This document shows, one piece after another, positions 21,229 to 29,318 of a stretch of 40,573 nt of DNA. The notes under the pieces are model-generated. The model was not told where the DNA came from. It ran no database searches and saw only the letters and a program-made list of their open reading frames with translations. The first letter of the stretch is position 1; the number at the start of each line of letters is the position of its first letter. The DNA comes from an uncultured Actinomycetes bacterium (GTDB lineage: Bacteria > Actinomycetota > Actinomycetes > S36-B12 > UBA5976). The stretch is taken from positions 1 to 40,573 of the forward strand of contig CAIVPQ010000033.1 of NCBI GenBank assembly GCA_903907835.1, given 5' to 3'. Both the position numbers and the translations under genes were made by a program.

Positions 21229-21332
21229 CCCAAAGACCCTGTTTTAGCAGTTTTTCTCACTTTTGATTTCGTTTCACCGCTTTTGTGAGGGATAATAGAA
21301 AATACACTTTAACCACGATAGGGGACTACAAA

Positions 21333-21515
21333 ATGGCTGCAATGAAGCCTCGGACCGGCGACGGTCCAATGGAGTGTCCAAAAGAAGGTCGTGGCTATGT
21401 TTTGCGTGTTCCATTAGAAGGTGGAGGCCGTCTAGTTGTTGAACTTAACGCTCAAGAAGTTAAAGATTTAGGTGCGGTCCTAAAGGACACAGTCGCATCA
21501 ATGCCAAAGAAGTAG
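21333..21515 (+). CDS. DUF3117 family small protein
   Basis: MAAMKPRTGDGPME-KEGRG-VLRVPLEGGGRLVVEL signature; GGGGA SD before ATG 21333 and GATAAT at 21291-21296. Confidence 0.93.
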   Translation: MAAMKPRTGDGPMECPKEGRGYVLRVPLEGGGRLVVELNAQEVKDLGAVLKDTVASMPKK

Positions 21516-21552
21516 AACTGCTTAAGAAGTAGAACTGCCAAGAAGCAAGACT
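21507..21552 (+). repeat. Tandem direct repeat AAGAAGTAGAACTGC x2 plus degenerate third copy
   Basis: Exact copies at 21507-21521 and 21524-21538; AAGAAGCAAGACT at 21540-21552. Confidence 0.85.
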
Positions 21553-21593
21553 TTCTGTGGCGACTCTTATAAATACAAAATCTTCGGCGAGAC

Positions 21594-22247
21594 TTATTTT
21601 TTAACGGCCACTAACATGCCGCCGCCGACTGGCAAAAGTGTTCCGGATAGATGTTCATGATTTGCGATTGATTCAACTACTCCGCGCATCGCGATTGTTT
21701 CAGCATCACGGGCAGCAGGATCAGCTACCTTGTCATTCCAAAGAGCTTGATCAATAACGAGTAGACCGTTTGGGCGAAGAAGGTTTAGTGCCACATCAAC
21801 ATGACCGGCAACATCAATCGGATTCGTCGCAATCAGAACCATGTCATATGCGCCCTGAGTTAGGCGATCAAGAACTTCTTCTGGTCGGCCATTAATTAGG
21901 CGAACTCGGTTTGCCGCAATACCAGCCTGAGCTATTGCATCCTTAGCAATTAGCTGATGTTCTGCTTCGTTGTCAACGCTTGTTAGAACACCTTCTGGGT
22001 TCATGCCGTCGAGAAGCCATAGCGCAGAGACTCCGCCACCTGTGCCAATCTCCACAACATTGCGCGCATCAATCGCGCTAGCCAAAGTGCGCAGGACTGT
22101 TCCTGCGCCGGGACTGATTGCCACACAACCAATCTCACCAGCACGCGTGCGTGCGTGGGTTCGGATGCCATCCTCGCCAGACCACGACTCGGTGTAGTCG
22201 CAGGATGCACGGTGGATTGCTAGGACGCGGGGGTCAGTCATTGCCAT
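21594..22247 (-). CDS. SAM-dependent O-methyltransferase (Rv1220c-like)
   Basis: VEIGTGGGVS SAM motif, LLRPNGLLVID, DPAARD-ET, LLPVG-G; ATG 22247 is 7 nt after a TACGCT hexamer. Confidence 0.9.
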   Translation of the reverse strand: MAMTDPRVLAIHRASCDYTESWSGEDGIRTHARTRAGEIGCVAISPGAGTVLRTLASAIDARNVVEIGTGGGVSALWLLDGMNPEGVLTSVDNEAEHQLIAKDAIAQAGIAANRVRLINGRPEEVLDRLTQGAYDMVLIATNPIDVAGHVDVALNLLRPNGLLVIDQALWNDKVADPAARDAETIAMRGVVESIANHEHLSGTLLPVGGGMLVAVKK

Positions 22248-22371
22248 ATAGGTAAGCGTACGGCCCATGTTCGTATTAGGTTAAGAATGGTCCCGTTATG
22301 AGGCATTCGAGTCTTATTTGGGGGACAATATATAAACAAGAAAAAATCGGAACAAATGAGGAAAAATTCAC

Positions 22372-23697
22372 ATGACCTGGACGCCAGACGAAACGCCTGT
22401 TTCTGCAAATACTGAGCCAGTTGCTGACCTAAATCCAACGACATCATTGCCAGATGCCCCGATAGCAAATGGCGAAATTCCAAATCCAGTTTCAGTCGAA
22501 ACTTCTGGATTTACCCCCGAAACCGCTGTTGCGCCTCAGGCTGCACCAGTAAATGAACTCCCATACGTAGCGACCTGGGTGTACGAGCAGCCTCAAGCGC
22601 AAACTAACTCTCCACAGTCGCCCACAGCAGTGTCTAAGGGTCTGCGCAATGCCGTGATTGCTGGCGTGCTCAGTGGCTTACTTGCGGGCGTCGGCGGTTA
22701 TTCTTTGGCTTCCTACAACGCCTGGACACCGCGCGCCGGCATCACCTTGCCCGCAAGCCCTGGTGATACTTCGCCAAGAGCTGCTAATTCAATCGCTGGG
22801 CTTGCCAAAGCTGTCTTGCCGACGGTGGTTTCTATTGAAGTGTCTTCAAGCACAAGGCAAGGCAGCGGGTCAGGATTCATCATTCGAAGTTCCGCACTTG
22901 AATCATTTGTTATGACCAATAACCATGTTGTAACCGGGGCTGGATCGGGGGCAAGAATCACAGTCACTCTCGCTGATCAATCGCAAGTGAACGCCACCAT
23001 CGTTGGCACTGATCCTTCATATGACTTAGCGGTATTGCGAGTGGCAAAAGGAAAGTTGCCGGTGTCAAGACTTGGCAACTCAGATGATGTAGTTGTTGGC
23101 GATTTGTCGATCGCGATTGGTTCACCTCTAGGTCTGAGCGGAACGGTAACGAGCGGAATCATCTCAGCTCTGAATCGTCCAGTTTCAGCAGGTGGTGAAT
23201 CCGAAGCTTCATTCATCAATGCAATTCAAACGGATGCTGCAATTAATCCAGGTAATTCAGGTGGACCGCTAATTAACTCTCGCGGCCAAGTGGTGGGAAT
23301 TAATTCTGCAATTGCCACTTTGGGTTCATCATCACTTGGTGGTCCGACTGGAAGTATCGGACTGGGTTTTGCAATACCTATCAACCAAGCCAAACGTGTC
23401 GCTCAAGAATTAATGACCACTGGAACATCCACTCATCCGGTTATTGGGGTGCTGCTAGATGTTTCGTATCAAGGAGTTGGAGCTTTGATTCAGGACATAG
23501 TCAAAGGTGGCCCAGCCTCAAAAAGTTCGCTTAAGGTCGGAGACATAATCACGCGAATCGATGGACAGCCGATTAAAAATGGCGAGGAATTAATTGTGCG
23601 TATTCGTTCCCGAGTTGCCGGAGATCGCATTTCGTTAAGCCGGCAAGTTGGCTCGGATGTGTCAATTGTCCTAGGCTCTCAAACAACGAAGAAATAG
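22372..23697 (+). CDS. htrA: Membrane-anchored HtrA/DegP-family serine protease with one PDZ domain
   Basis: Pro/Glu-rich N-terminus, TM segment, triad TNNHV / DLAVL / AINPGNSGG, C-terminal PDZ (GGPA--LKVGDII). Confidence 0.94.
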   Translation: MTWTPDETPVSANTEPVADLNPTTSLPDAPIANGEIPNPVSVETSGFTPETAVAPQAAPVNELPYVATWVYEQPQAQTNSPQSPTAVSKGLRNAVIAGVLSGLLAGVGGYSLASYNAWTPRAGITLPASPGDTSPRAANSIAGLAKAVLPTVVSIEVSSSTRQGSGSGFIIRSSALESFVMTNNHVVTGAGSGARITVTLADQSQVNATIVGTDPSYDLAVLRVAKGKLPVSRLGNSDDVVVGDLSIAIGSPLGLSGTVTSGIISALNRPVSAGGESEASFINAIQTDAAINPGNSGGPLINSRGQVVGINSAIATLGSSSLGGPTGSIGLGFAIPINQAKRVAQELMTTGTSTHPVIGVLLDVSYQGVGALIQDIVKGGPASKSSLKVGDIITRIDGQPIKNGEELIVRIRSRVAGDRISLSRQVGSDVSIVLGSQTTKK

Positions 23698-23731
23698 GCA
23701 CAAAACCGATTAAAGAATTCGAAGGTGATTC

Positions 23732-24088
23732 ATGTTTGACATAGGTCTACCTGAATTCTTGGTACTTGGAGTTTTGGCGCTAATCGTATTTGGCCCAGAT
23801 CGACTGCCTGAAATTGCGGCTAAGTCAGCCCGCGCTATCAAGGCATTGCGGATCAAAGCCAATGCGGCAACAGCTGAATTAACTGAGTCATTAGATTTGC
23901 CAGATTTGTCTGACATTGCCGGAAAAGTGCGTTCGGCAACACCTGCGGGAATGATGGCTAATGGCCTCAGTGGATTGCTCAATTCCAAAAAACAAAACGG
24001 TGAAGCAGATGCCAATGTTGGGCCAAGGTCAGCAAACGCTGTTCGCGTTGATGGCGAACAGGTAACTTTCGATCCAGATGCTACCTAG
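23732..24088 (+). CDS. tatB: Sec-independent translocase subunit TatB
   Basis: MFDIGLPE-LVL--LALIVFGPDRLP, C-terminal FDPDAT; follows htrA. Confidence 0.93.
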   Translation: MFDIGLPEFLVLGVLALIVFGPDRLPEIAAKSARAIKALRIKANAATAELTESLDLPDLSDIAGKVRSATPAGMMANGLSGLLNSKKQNGEADANVGPRSANAVRVDGEQVTFDPDAT

Positions 24089-24106
24089 TTAAAGTTCTAC
24101 TTGTTT

Positions 24107-24886
24107 TTAGAAAAAATAGATGGTGCCGAAGATATTGACTAATGCAATCAGCATCAGTGTGGGAAAAAACTTCGCTAATTTCACCCGCAAAAGAATTAGG
24201 GCAAAAGGTACGTTCACTAACGCCAAAAACGTCAAGCCCGCCGGCGCTAACACCACATTTCCTGACATTAATAAGCCGGCCACAGTGATGAAACGGCTGG
24301 TTTTCTTGCCGAGCCGCTGAGGCAAACCTTTGATGCCTACTTTTACGTCAGAGTCAATGTCCTTGAGACAATTTGCAAAATGTGCGGTAACCCCGAGAGC
24401 GGCTCCCCAGAGGAAAATCCAAACTGGAGGTTCAATTTGCGCGCCAACAAGAATAAAAGTTGGTAGTAACCCGAATGAAAGCGCAAAGGGCAATGGCGAG
24501 AAGACATTATTCTTGAAAAAGAAGTTGTAAGAGACTCCAGAGCCAATTGCTAAAAGGTGCAACGCTCCAGCTTTAAAGCCAAGGGGACCAAGAAGGTTAA
24601 TCGGCAGAGAAATCAGTGCGGCCAATATGGAAAGTCGAGTCAGGGTTGAGGCTGTTACGGCTTGAGTAACGACAGGCTTTTCATTTCGATCTTGCAAGAT
24701 GTCCTTGGTTGCATCAATCGCATCGTTGCTCCAGCCAATGCATAGTTGACCAACGAATACGATTAGCGCAATTGGCAAAGCAAGGTTTAGTTGCCAAACT
24801 TTGGCCGTGAATGCCCCAGCAACACTTGACACAAGTAAGGTCGGCGCAAAATGTGATGCGCGAGCTAGAGCAATAATCAGTTTCAT
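24107..24886 (-). CDS. UbiA-family membrane prenyltransferase
   Basis: NDAIDATKD...R-EKP first Asp-rich motif, YN, HFANCLKDIDSD second motif; multi-TM. Confidence 0.88.
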   Translation of the reverse strand: MKLIIALARASHFAPTLLVSSVAGAFTAKVWQLNLALPIALIVFVGQLCIGWSNDAIDATKDILQDRNEKPVVTQAVTASTLTRLSILAALISLPINLLGPLGFKAGALHLLAIGSGVSYNFFFKNNVFSPLPFALSFGLLPTFILVGAQIEPPVWIFLWGAALGVTAHFANCLKDIDSDVKVGIKGLPQRLGKKTSRFITVAGLLMSGNVVLAPAGLTFLALVNVPFALILLRVKLAKFFPTLMLIALVNIFGTIYFF

Positions 24887-24888
24887 TA

Positions 24889-24916
24889 ATTTAGAGCCTA
24901 TTCATTTAGAGCCTAT
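24889..24916. repeat. 13-bp direct repeat ATTTAGAGCCTAT x2 (15-bp period) directly upstream of the UbiA gene
   Basis: Copies at 24889-24901 and 24904-24916; each reads TAGGCT on the minus strand. Confidence 0.85.
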
Positions 24917-25061
24917 GGGTTCAGTTAACTCGCACTGTTTTGGTTGAGGAGCTCTTAGGATGAGCAGTTTTGTTGCAACTCAGTTCTTGTGAGATCTGAC
25001 ACAGTTAGCACTTTTCGTTCTAACGAAGCTGTTTGCGCTGATAGTTTTAAGTATCAAATTA

Positions 25062-26249
25062 GTAAGCCAGTTCTCAAATCCAAAGAACCACTCTCAAAAA
25101 TCCGAAACCGAAAAAACGCGTAATCCATATATTGATCTTGCTCGTGGCATCGCAGCTCTCCTTGTTGTTTCTTGGCATGTTCGTGGTGGAACGGCCGTCA
25201 CTGACTTCAGCGTCATCAACATTCACTACATCGTTGTGGATTTCTTTTTCCTAGTTAGTGGCTTTGTATTATTCGACCAGATCGCCAAAATTTCATCTGG
25301 ACAGTTATCGCCTGCGCTTTTCTTATGGCGAAGATTTATCCGCCTTTGGCCGCTCATGTTCATCGTGGTTGTTGCTGCCTTACTCGTAAAGATTTCTCAG
25401 TCAATTTGTTTGGATACAACAAATGGAATCTCTATTGCAGTCAATTGCTCTACAGAGAATATTTCAAATTGGTTAATTTCTGAAAATGGCTGGTTATCGT
25501 GGTTGAGCGCTGCCCTCTTGCTGCAAATTGCAGTGAAAGCATCGATCTTTTGGTGTGCGCCACTTTGGAGCTTGTCGGCAATGTGGTGGGCAAATGTTGT
25601 TTCGGCATTCACATCAAGAGTCGGACGCTTAAGTAACATCTGGATTTTGTTTGGCTTCGGATTCGTCTTATTAGCAATCGGCTTAGTCCTAGACCGTACA
25701 TTCATTGACTACTATGGCGAGATTTGGGGTGTATCGGCCCTAGGTAGAGCGCTTATTGGATTCAATGGCGGCTTGATTATTCGCAATCATCTCAACAACA
25801 AGAGTTACAAAACCCCAAGTTTTATCTGGATCTTGTCCGTATTGGCTTTAGTCACATTCATGGTGATTGATCGCCAGTCACTTGCCGCCGCCGCATTTGC
25901 ATCACCGATATGTCTGGCGCCATTGCTTGTGGCTTTAGCTAGTCAATCGGATGCAAAACTAACCAGTCAAATGCGTTCGTGGTTTTTATGGGCTGGAAAA
26001 TTATCATTCCCAGCTTTCATCTGGCACCGAGTAGTTCTCGAGATTTATTATGGCGCTAGCCAAGAGATTCCAATTCTTGGCCAGGCGACCATAACTCACT
26101 TTGTTCCTAGGTATTTACTAATCGTTAGTTGCACTATTTTGATTTCGATAGTGTCTTTACGATTCCTAGAACCGCCACTGAGACGATGGCTTGAACATTT
26201 GGGAAACCGATTTTTGGGTTTCACTCGCGTTCCAGAAGTAAGCAATTAA
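25062..26249 (+). CDS. Acyltransferase-3 (OafA/YrhL-like) membrane O-acyltransferase; start unresolved, possibly frameshifted or pseudogene
   Basis: The frame stays open upstream of the ORF-track GTG (25236) and encodes RNPYIDLARGIAALLVVSWH (R-X10-H); also FFLVSGF, RRFIRL, WSL, GKLSF and EPPLR motifs; no in-frame ATG/GTG/TTG between 24993 and 25235. The listed start (GTA 25062) is a placeholder. Confidence 0.8.
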   Translation, partial: VSQFSNPKNHSQKSETEKTRNPYIDLARGIAALLVVSWHVRGGTAVTDFSVINIHYIVVDFFFLVSGFVLFDQIAKISSGQLSPALFLWRRFIRLWPLMFIVVVAALLVKISQSICLDTTNGISIAVNCSTENISNWLISENGWLSWLSAALLLQIAVKASIFWCAPLWSLSAMWWANVVSAFTSRVGRLSNIWILFGFGFVLLAIGLVLDRTFIDYYGEIWGVSALGRALIGFNGGLIIRNHLNNKSYKTPSFIWILSVLALVTFMVIDRQSLAAAAFASPICLAPLLVALASQSDAKLTSQMRSWFLWAGKLSFPAFIWHRVVLEIYYGASQEIPILGQATITHFVPRYLLIVSCTILISIVSLRFLEPPLRRWLEHLGNRFLGFTRVPEVSN

Positions 26250-26250
26250 C

Positions 26251-27378
26251 TTACTTAGGTTGAACACCTAAGTTCTTGCCAATCAGCCCACGACTGCGAC
26301 TTGTCAATTGGCTGGCTATCTCTTTTAGGGCCACCACCGCAGGTGCTTGTGGTTGGCTCAAGACCAATGGTTCCCCAGCATCTCCGCCAACGCGCAGATT
26401 TGGATCAAAGGCAATTTTGCCAAGTAATGGCACATCCACGCCGAGCTTTTCAGTTAGGACATCGGAGACCATTTGACCGCCTCCGGCGCCAAACATGTCA
26501 ATAGGTTCATCGCAATGAGGGCAGGCAAATGCCGACATGTTTTCTATTACCCCACTCACACGTTGCTCTAGCTGGGGCGCCAACATGCCAGCACGAATCG
26601 CAACATCAGCAGCAGCTGGTTGAGGCGTTGTGACAATAATCAATTCACTTGCAGGTAGTAGCCGAGCGGTGCTAATTGCAATGTCACCAGTGCCTGGCGG
26701 AAGATCCAGAAGAAGCACATCTAGGTCGCCCCACCATACTTCGGCCAAAAACGATTCAAGATATTTGTGAAGCATTGGTCCACGCATCGCTAGTGGCTCA
26801 TGGCGTCCTTCACGCTTAAGGGGAAGCATCGACATCACCCGCACCCCGAAACGTTCTGGCGGCATGATCATGCTGTCCACGCGCAATGGTGAGGCGGTAA
26901 TGCCCATCATGTCTGGAATTGAGTGTCCATAAATATCTGCATCAACAATGCCAACCGAAAGACCTTGAGCGGCCATTGCAACGGCAAGGTTTGTAGTTAT
27001 TGATGACTTACCAACACCACCTTTGCCAGAAGCGATTGCATAGATCCTGGTTAGTGATTCAGGTCGGTTAAAACGAATCTCTTTAGTGGGTCCTTGCAAT
27101 TGTTCGCGAAGGGCAGCGCGTTGTTCATCACTCATGACATCGAGGTCAACCTCAACGCCTGTCACACCTTCGACCTTGGAAACTGCATCCTTAACGCTCT
27201 GCACGATTGTGTCTTGCATTGGACAGGCGGAGATTGTTAGGAAAACCCCAACAGTGACAACACCTTTGTCCGAAACTTCAACGCCTTTGACCATTCCAAC
27301 TTCGGTAATAGGTTTGCGGATTTCCGGGTCAATTACCGTCGACAGGGCAGTATCAATTGCGGTACGGGACAAACTCAC
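26251..27378 (-). CDS. mrp: Mrp/ApbC/NBP35 Fe-S cluster carrier ATPase with N-terminal DUF59 domain
   Basis: VIDPEI, LTISACPM, GKGGVGKS, DADIYGHS, DLPPGTGD, ENMS--CPHC; start set to GTG 27378 behind GGAGA (ATG 27408 is an alternative). Confidence 0.93.
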   Translation of the reverse strand: MSLSRTAIDTALSTVIDPEIRKPITEVGMVKGVEVSDKGVVTVGVFLTISACPMQDTIVQSVKDAVSKVEGVTGVEVDLDVMSDEQRAALREQLQGPTKEIRFNRPESLTRIYAIASGKGGVGKSSITTNLAVAMAAQGLSVGIVDADIYGHSIPDMMGITASPLRVDSMIMPPERFGVRVMSMLPLKREGRHEPLAMRGPMLHKYLESFLAEVWWGDLDVLLLDLPPGTGDIAISTARLLPASELIIVTTPQPAAADVAIRAGMLAPQLEQRVSGVIENMSAFACPHCDEPIDMFGAGGGQMVSDVLTEKLGVDVPLLGKIAFDPNLRVGGDAGEPLVLSQPQAPAVVALKEIASQLTSRSRGLIGKNLGVQPK

Positions 27379-27400
27379 GCGTTCTCCAAAGGGATTAAGT

Positions 27401-27925
27401 TTAGGCATTTTCTTCTGACGAAGAATCTTGAGATTTTGAGGTCTTAAGTAGTTCAGCAAATTCTTCGAGTAAGTCACGAATCTCTCCGCGCAAATAATCT
27501 CGAGTAGCCATTTCACCCAGCGCTAATCGCAAGGATGCAATTTCACGAGTTAAATAATCAGCGTCTGCCAGTAAGCGTTCGGTCTGATCGCGATCTTCTT
27601 GAAACTGCACACGATCGCGGTCGGCTTGTCGATTTTGCGCCAACAAAATTAGCGGGGCTGCATACGAAGCCTGCAACGACAAAACCAAAGTTAAAAACAG
27701 GAATGGGTATCCGTCAACAGTAAGACTTTCTGGGGCGAAAATATTCCAAAGCACCCAAACCGCGATTGCCAGAGTCATGTAACCCAAAAAACGCCAAGAT
27801 CCTAAGAACCGGGCAACACGTTCGCTAACGCGACCGGCTGTTTCAGAATCAACTGACGGACGAAGTGAACGGCTACGCTCTAGCGGCTGATCCAAGCGTG
27901 GTCCACGTGATGTCTTGCGTGCCAT
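27401..27925 (-). CDS. DUF1003 family membrane protein
   Basis: ARFLGSWRF, D-YPF-FLTL-LSLQASYAAPLILLAQNRQ-DRD signature, coiled-coil tail. Confidence 0.92.
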   Translation of the reverse strand: MARKTSRGPRLDQPLERSRSLRPSVDSETAGRVSERVARFLGSWRFLGYMTLAIAVWVLWNIFAPESLTVDGYPFLFLTLVLSLQASYAAPLILLAQNRQADRDRVQFQEDRDQTERLLADADYLTREIASLRLALGEMATRDYLRGEIRDLLEEFAELLKTSKSQDSSSEENA

Positions 27926-27927
27926 AA

Positions 27928-29178
27928 TCAGCCCTCCTCATCTATCTCGTTTTCTCGCCAATTTTCCGGCAACATGTGGTCAATAACATCGTCAATTGTG
28001 ACTGCACCGATCAAATGATCATTCTCGTCTACAACAGGTAGAGCCACCAAGTTGTAGGTTGCAAAATAACGAGCAACCTGACCAAGTGGTGCCCCAGGTC
28101 CGATTGGCTCTAACGAAGTGTCCAAAATGCCCGAGACAAGCGCTGAAGGAGGCTCTCTGAGTAAGCGCTGCACGTGTGCCACGCCGAGATAGCGCCCTGT
28201 TGGGGTTTCGGTAGGCGGGCGCACAACATAGGCCTGTGAGGCCAAGGCTGGCGAAAGCTCTGCAACACGCAAATGGGCCAAAGCCTCAGCCACAGTCGCA
28301 TCCGGAGCCAGAATCACTGGCTCGGTTGTCATCATGCCACCGGCTGAGAAATCGTCATAGGCCAAAAGTCGTCGAAGGTCATCGGCTTCTTCAGGTTCCA
28401 TTCCATCGAGATATTCTTGGGCTTGTTCAGGAGGAAGTTCACTTAGTAAGTCGGCCGCATCGTCAGGATCCATTTCTTCAAGAACCTCACGCGCACGATC
28501 CATCCCCATTGCAGTCATGATCTCAACTCGATCATCTTCAGGAAGCTCTTCAAAAACATCTGCAAGTTTTTCTAGATCCAACCCGCTAATGAGTTCTAGC
28601 CGGCGCTTCTGGGGCAGCTCTTGTAAAAGATTTGCTAGGTCGGCCGGACGCATTTGTTCAACTGAGGCGAGTAGCGAATCGACTGGTTGTTGTTCGGATT
28701 CAAGGAATAAGCCTGAGACTGCATTCCACTCGACCGTAGAAGTAGCACCTCGGCGACCAAAACCTGCGCCATGTTCGCGAATAAAGATTCTGGAAATAAC
28801 CCATTCGCGCGTACGATCTTGGCTCATTGCGATGTCTTGAATTATTACGCTATTGCCGGATGAATTCTGAGTCACTTTACGGTCAAGGAGTTCAGCAATC
28901 ACCAAAGTCTCTTCAGCGCGACGTTCGAATCGGCGTAGGTTTACGACTCCGCTGGTAACAACTGTGCCTGGGTCAATTGCTGTTACCCGCGACATAGGAA
29001 CAAAGATGCGACGCCTAGGTGCAACTTCGACAACAAGACCCAAAACCGTGGGAGCCTTGTTGTTGATCCTTGAATTAACAACTATGTCGCGGATTTTTCC
29101 GACCTGATCGCCTGCAGGATCAAACACAGAAGTCCCCGCCAGCCTGGCGAGGTAAATCCGAGAAGTTGTTGTGCTCAC
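27928..29178 (-). CDS. MgtE N-terminal/CBS-domain protein with PRC-barrel-like N-terminus (no MgtE membrane domain)
   Basis: MDPDDAADLL repeats, SAGGMMTTEP, YNLVALPVVD, GAVTIDDVID; TAATCT 6 nt before the GTG. Confidence 0.92.
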   Translation of the reverse strand: MSTTTSRIYLARLAGTSVFDPAGDQVGKIRDIVVNSRINNKAPTVLGLVVEVAPRRRIFVPMSRVTAIDPGTVVTSGVVNLRRFERRAEETLVIAELLDRKVTQNSSGNSVIIQDIAMSQDRTREWVISRIFIREHGAGFGRRGATSTVEWNAVSGLFLESEQQPVDSLLASVEQMRPADLANLLQELPQKRRLELISGLDLEKLADVFEELPEDDRVEIMTAMGMDRAREVLEEMDPDDAADLLSELPPEQAQEYLDGMEPEEADDLRRLLAYDDFSAGGMMTTEPVILAPDATVAEALAHLRVAELSPALASQAYVVRPPTETPTGRYLGVAHVQRLLREPPSALVSGILDTSLEPIGPGAPLGQVARYFATYNLVALPVVDENDHLIGAVTIDDVIDHMLPENWRENEIDEEG

Positions 29179-29318
29179 ACATGAAGATTACCGTTATTTT
29201 GCCTTGTTAAGGTCCTCCAATGTGGTTGCCAGTTAATTTTGCGAATGCGCAATCATGCAAAATCTGACATTCTCTCGCGTTCAAGTAGGCTCTTGGCTGA
29301 CAGAAAGGGACTTGCTTA

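Noticed and set aside
22340-22371. GGAAC upstream of htrA as a SigE-type promoter
   Set aside because: No GTT/CGTT -10 element at 17-19 nt spacing; the position would fall at the start codon
24990-24992. In-frame TGA as selenocysteine
   Set aside because: It lies far upstream of the conserved domain in a family with no catalytic Cys/Sec; no convincing SECIS hairpin follows and no sel genes are in the window
24086-26256. Target-site duplication or att sites flanking the UbiA/acyltransferase islet
   Set aside because: Only loose AT-rich similarity (TTAA...TACTT) at the two ends; no exact repeat and no mobility gene
27379-27516. N-terminal extension of mrp in the ORF track
   Set aside because: Overlaps the DUF1003 gene by more than 100 nt; homology starts at the DUF59 domain, and an SD precedes GTG 27378
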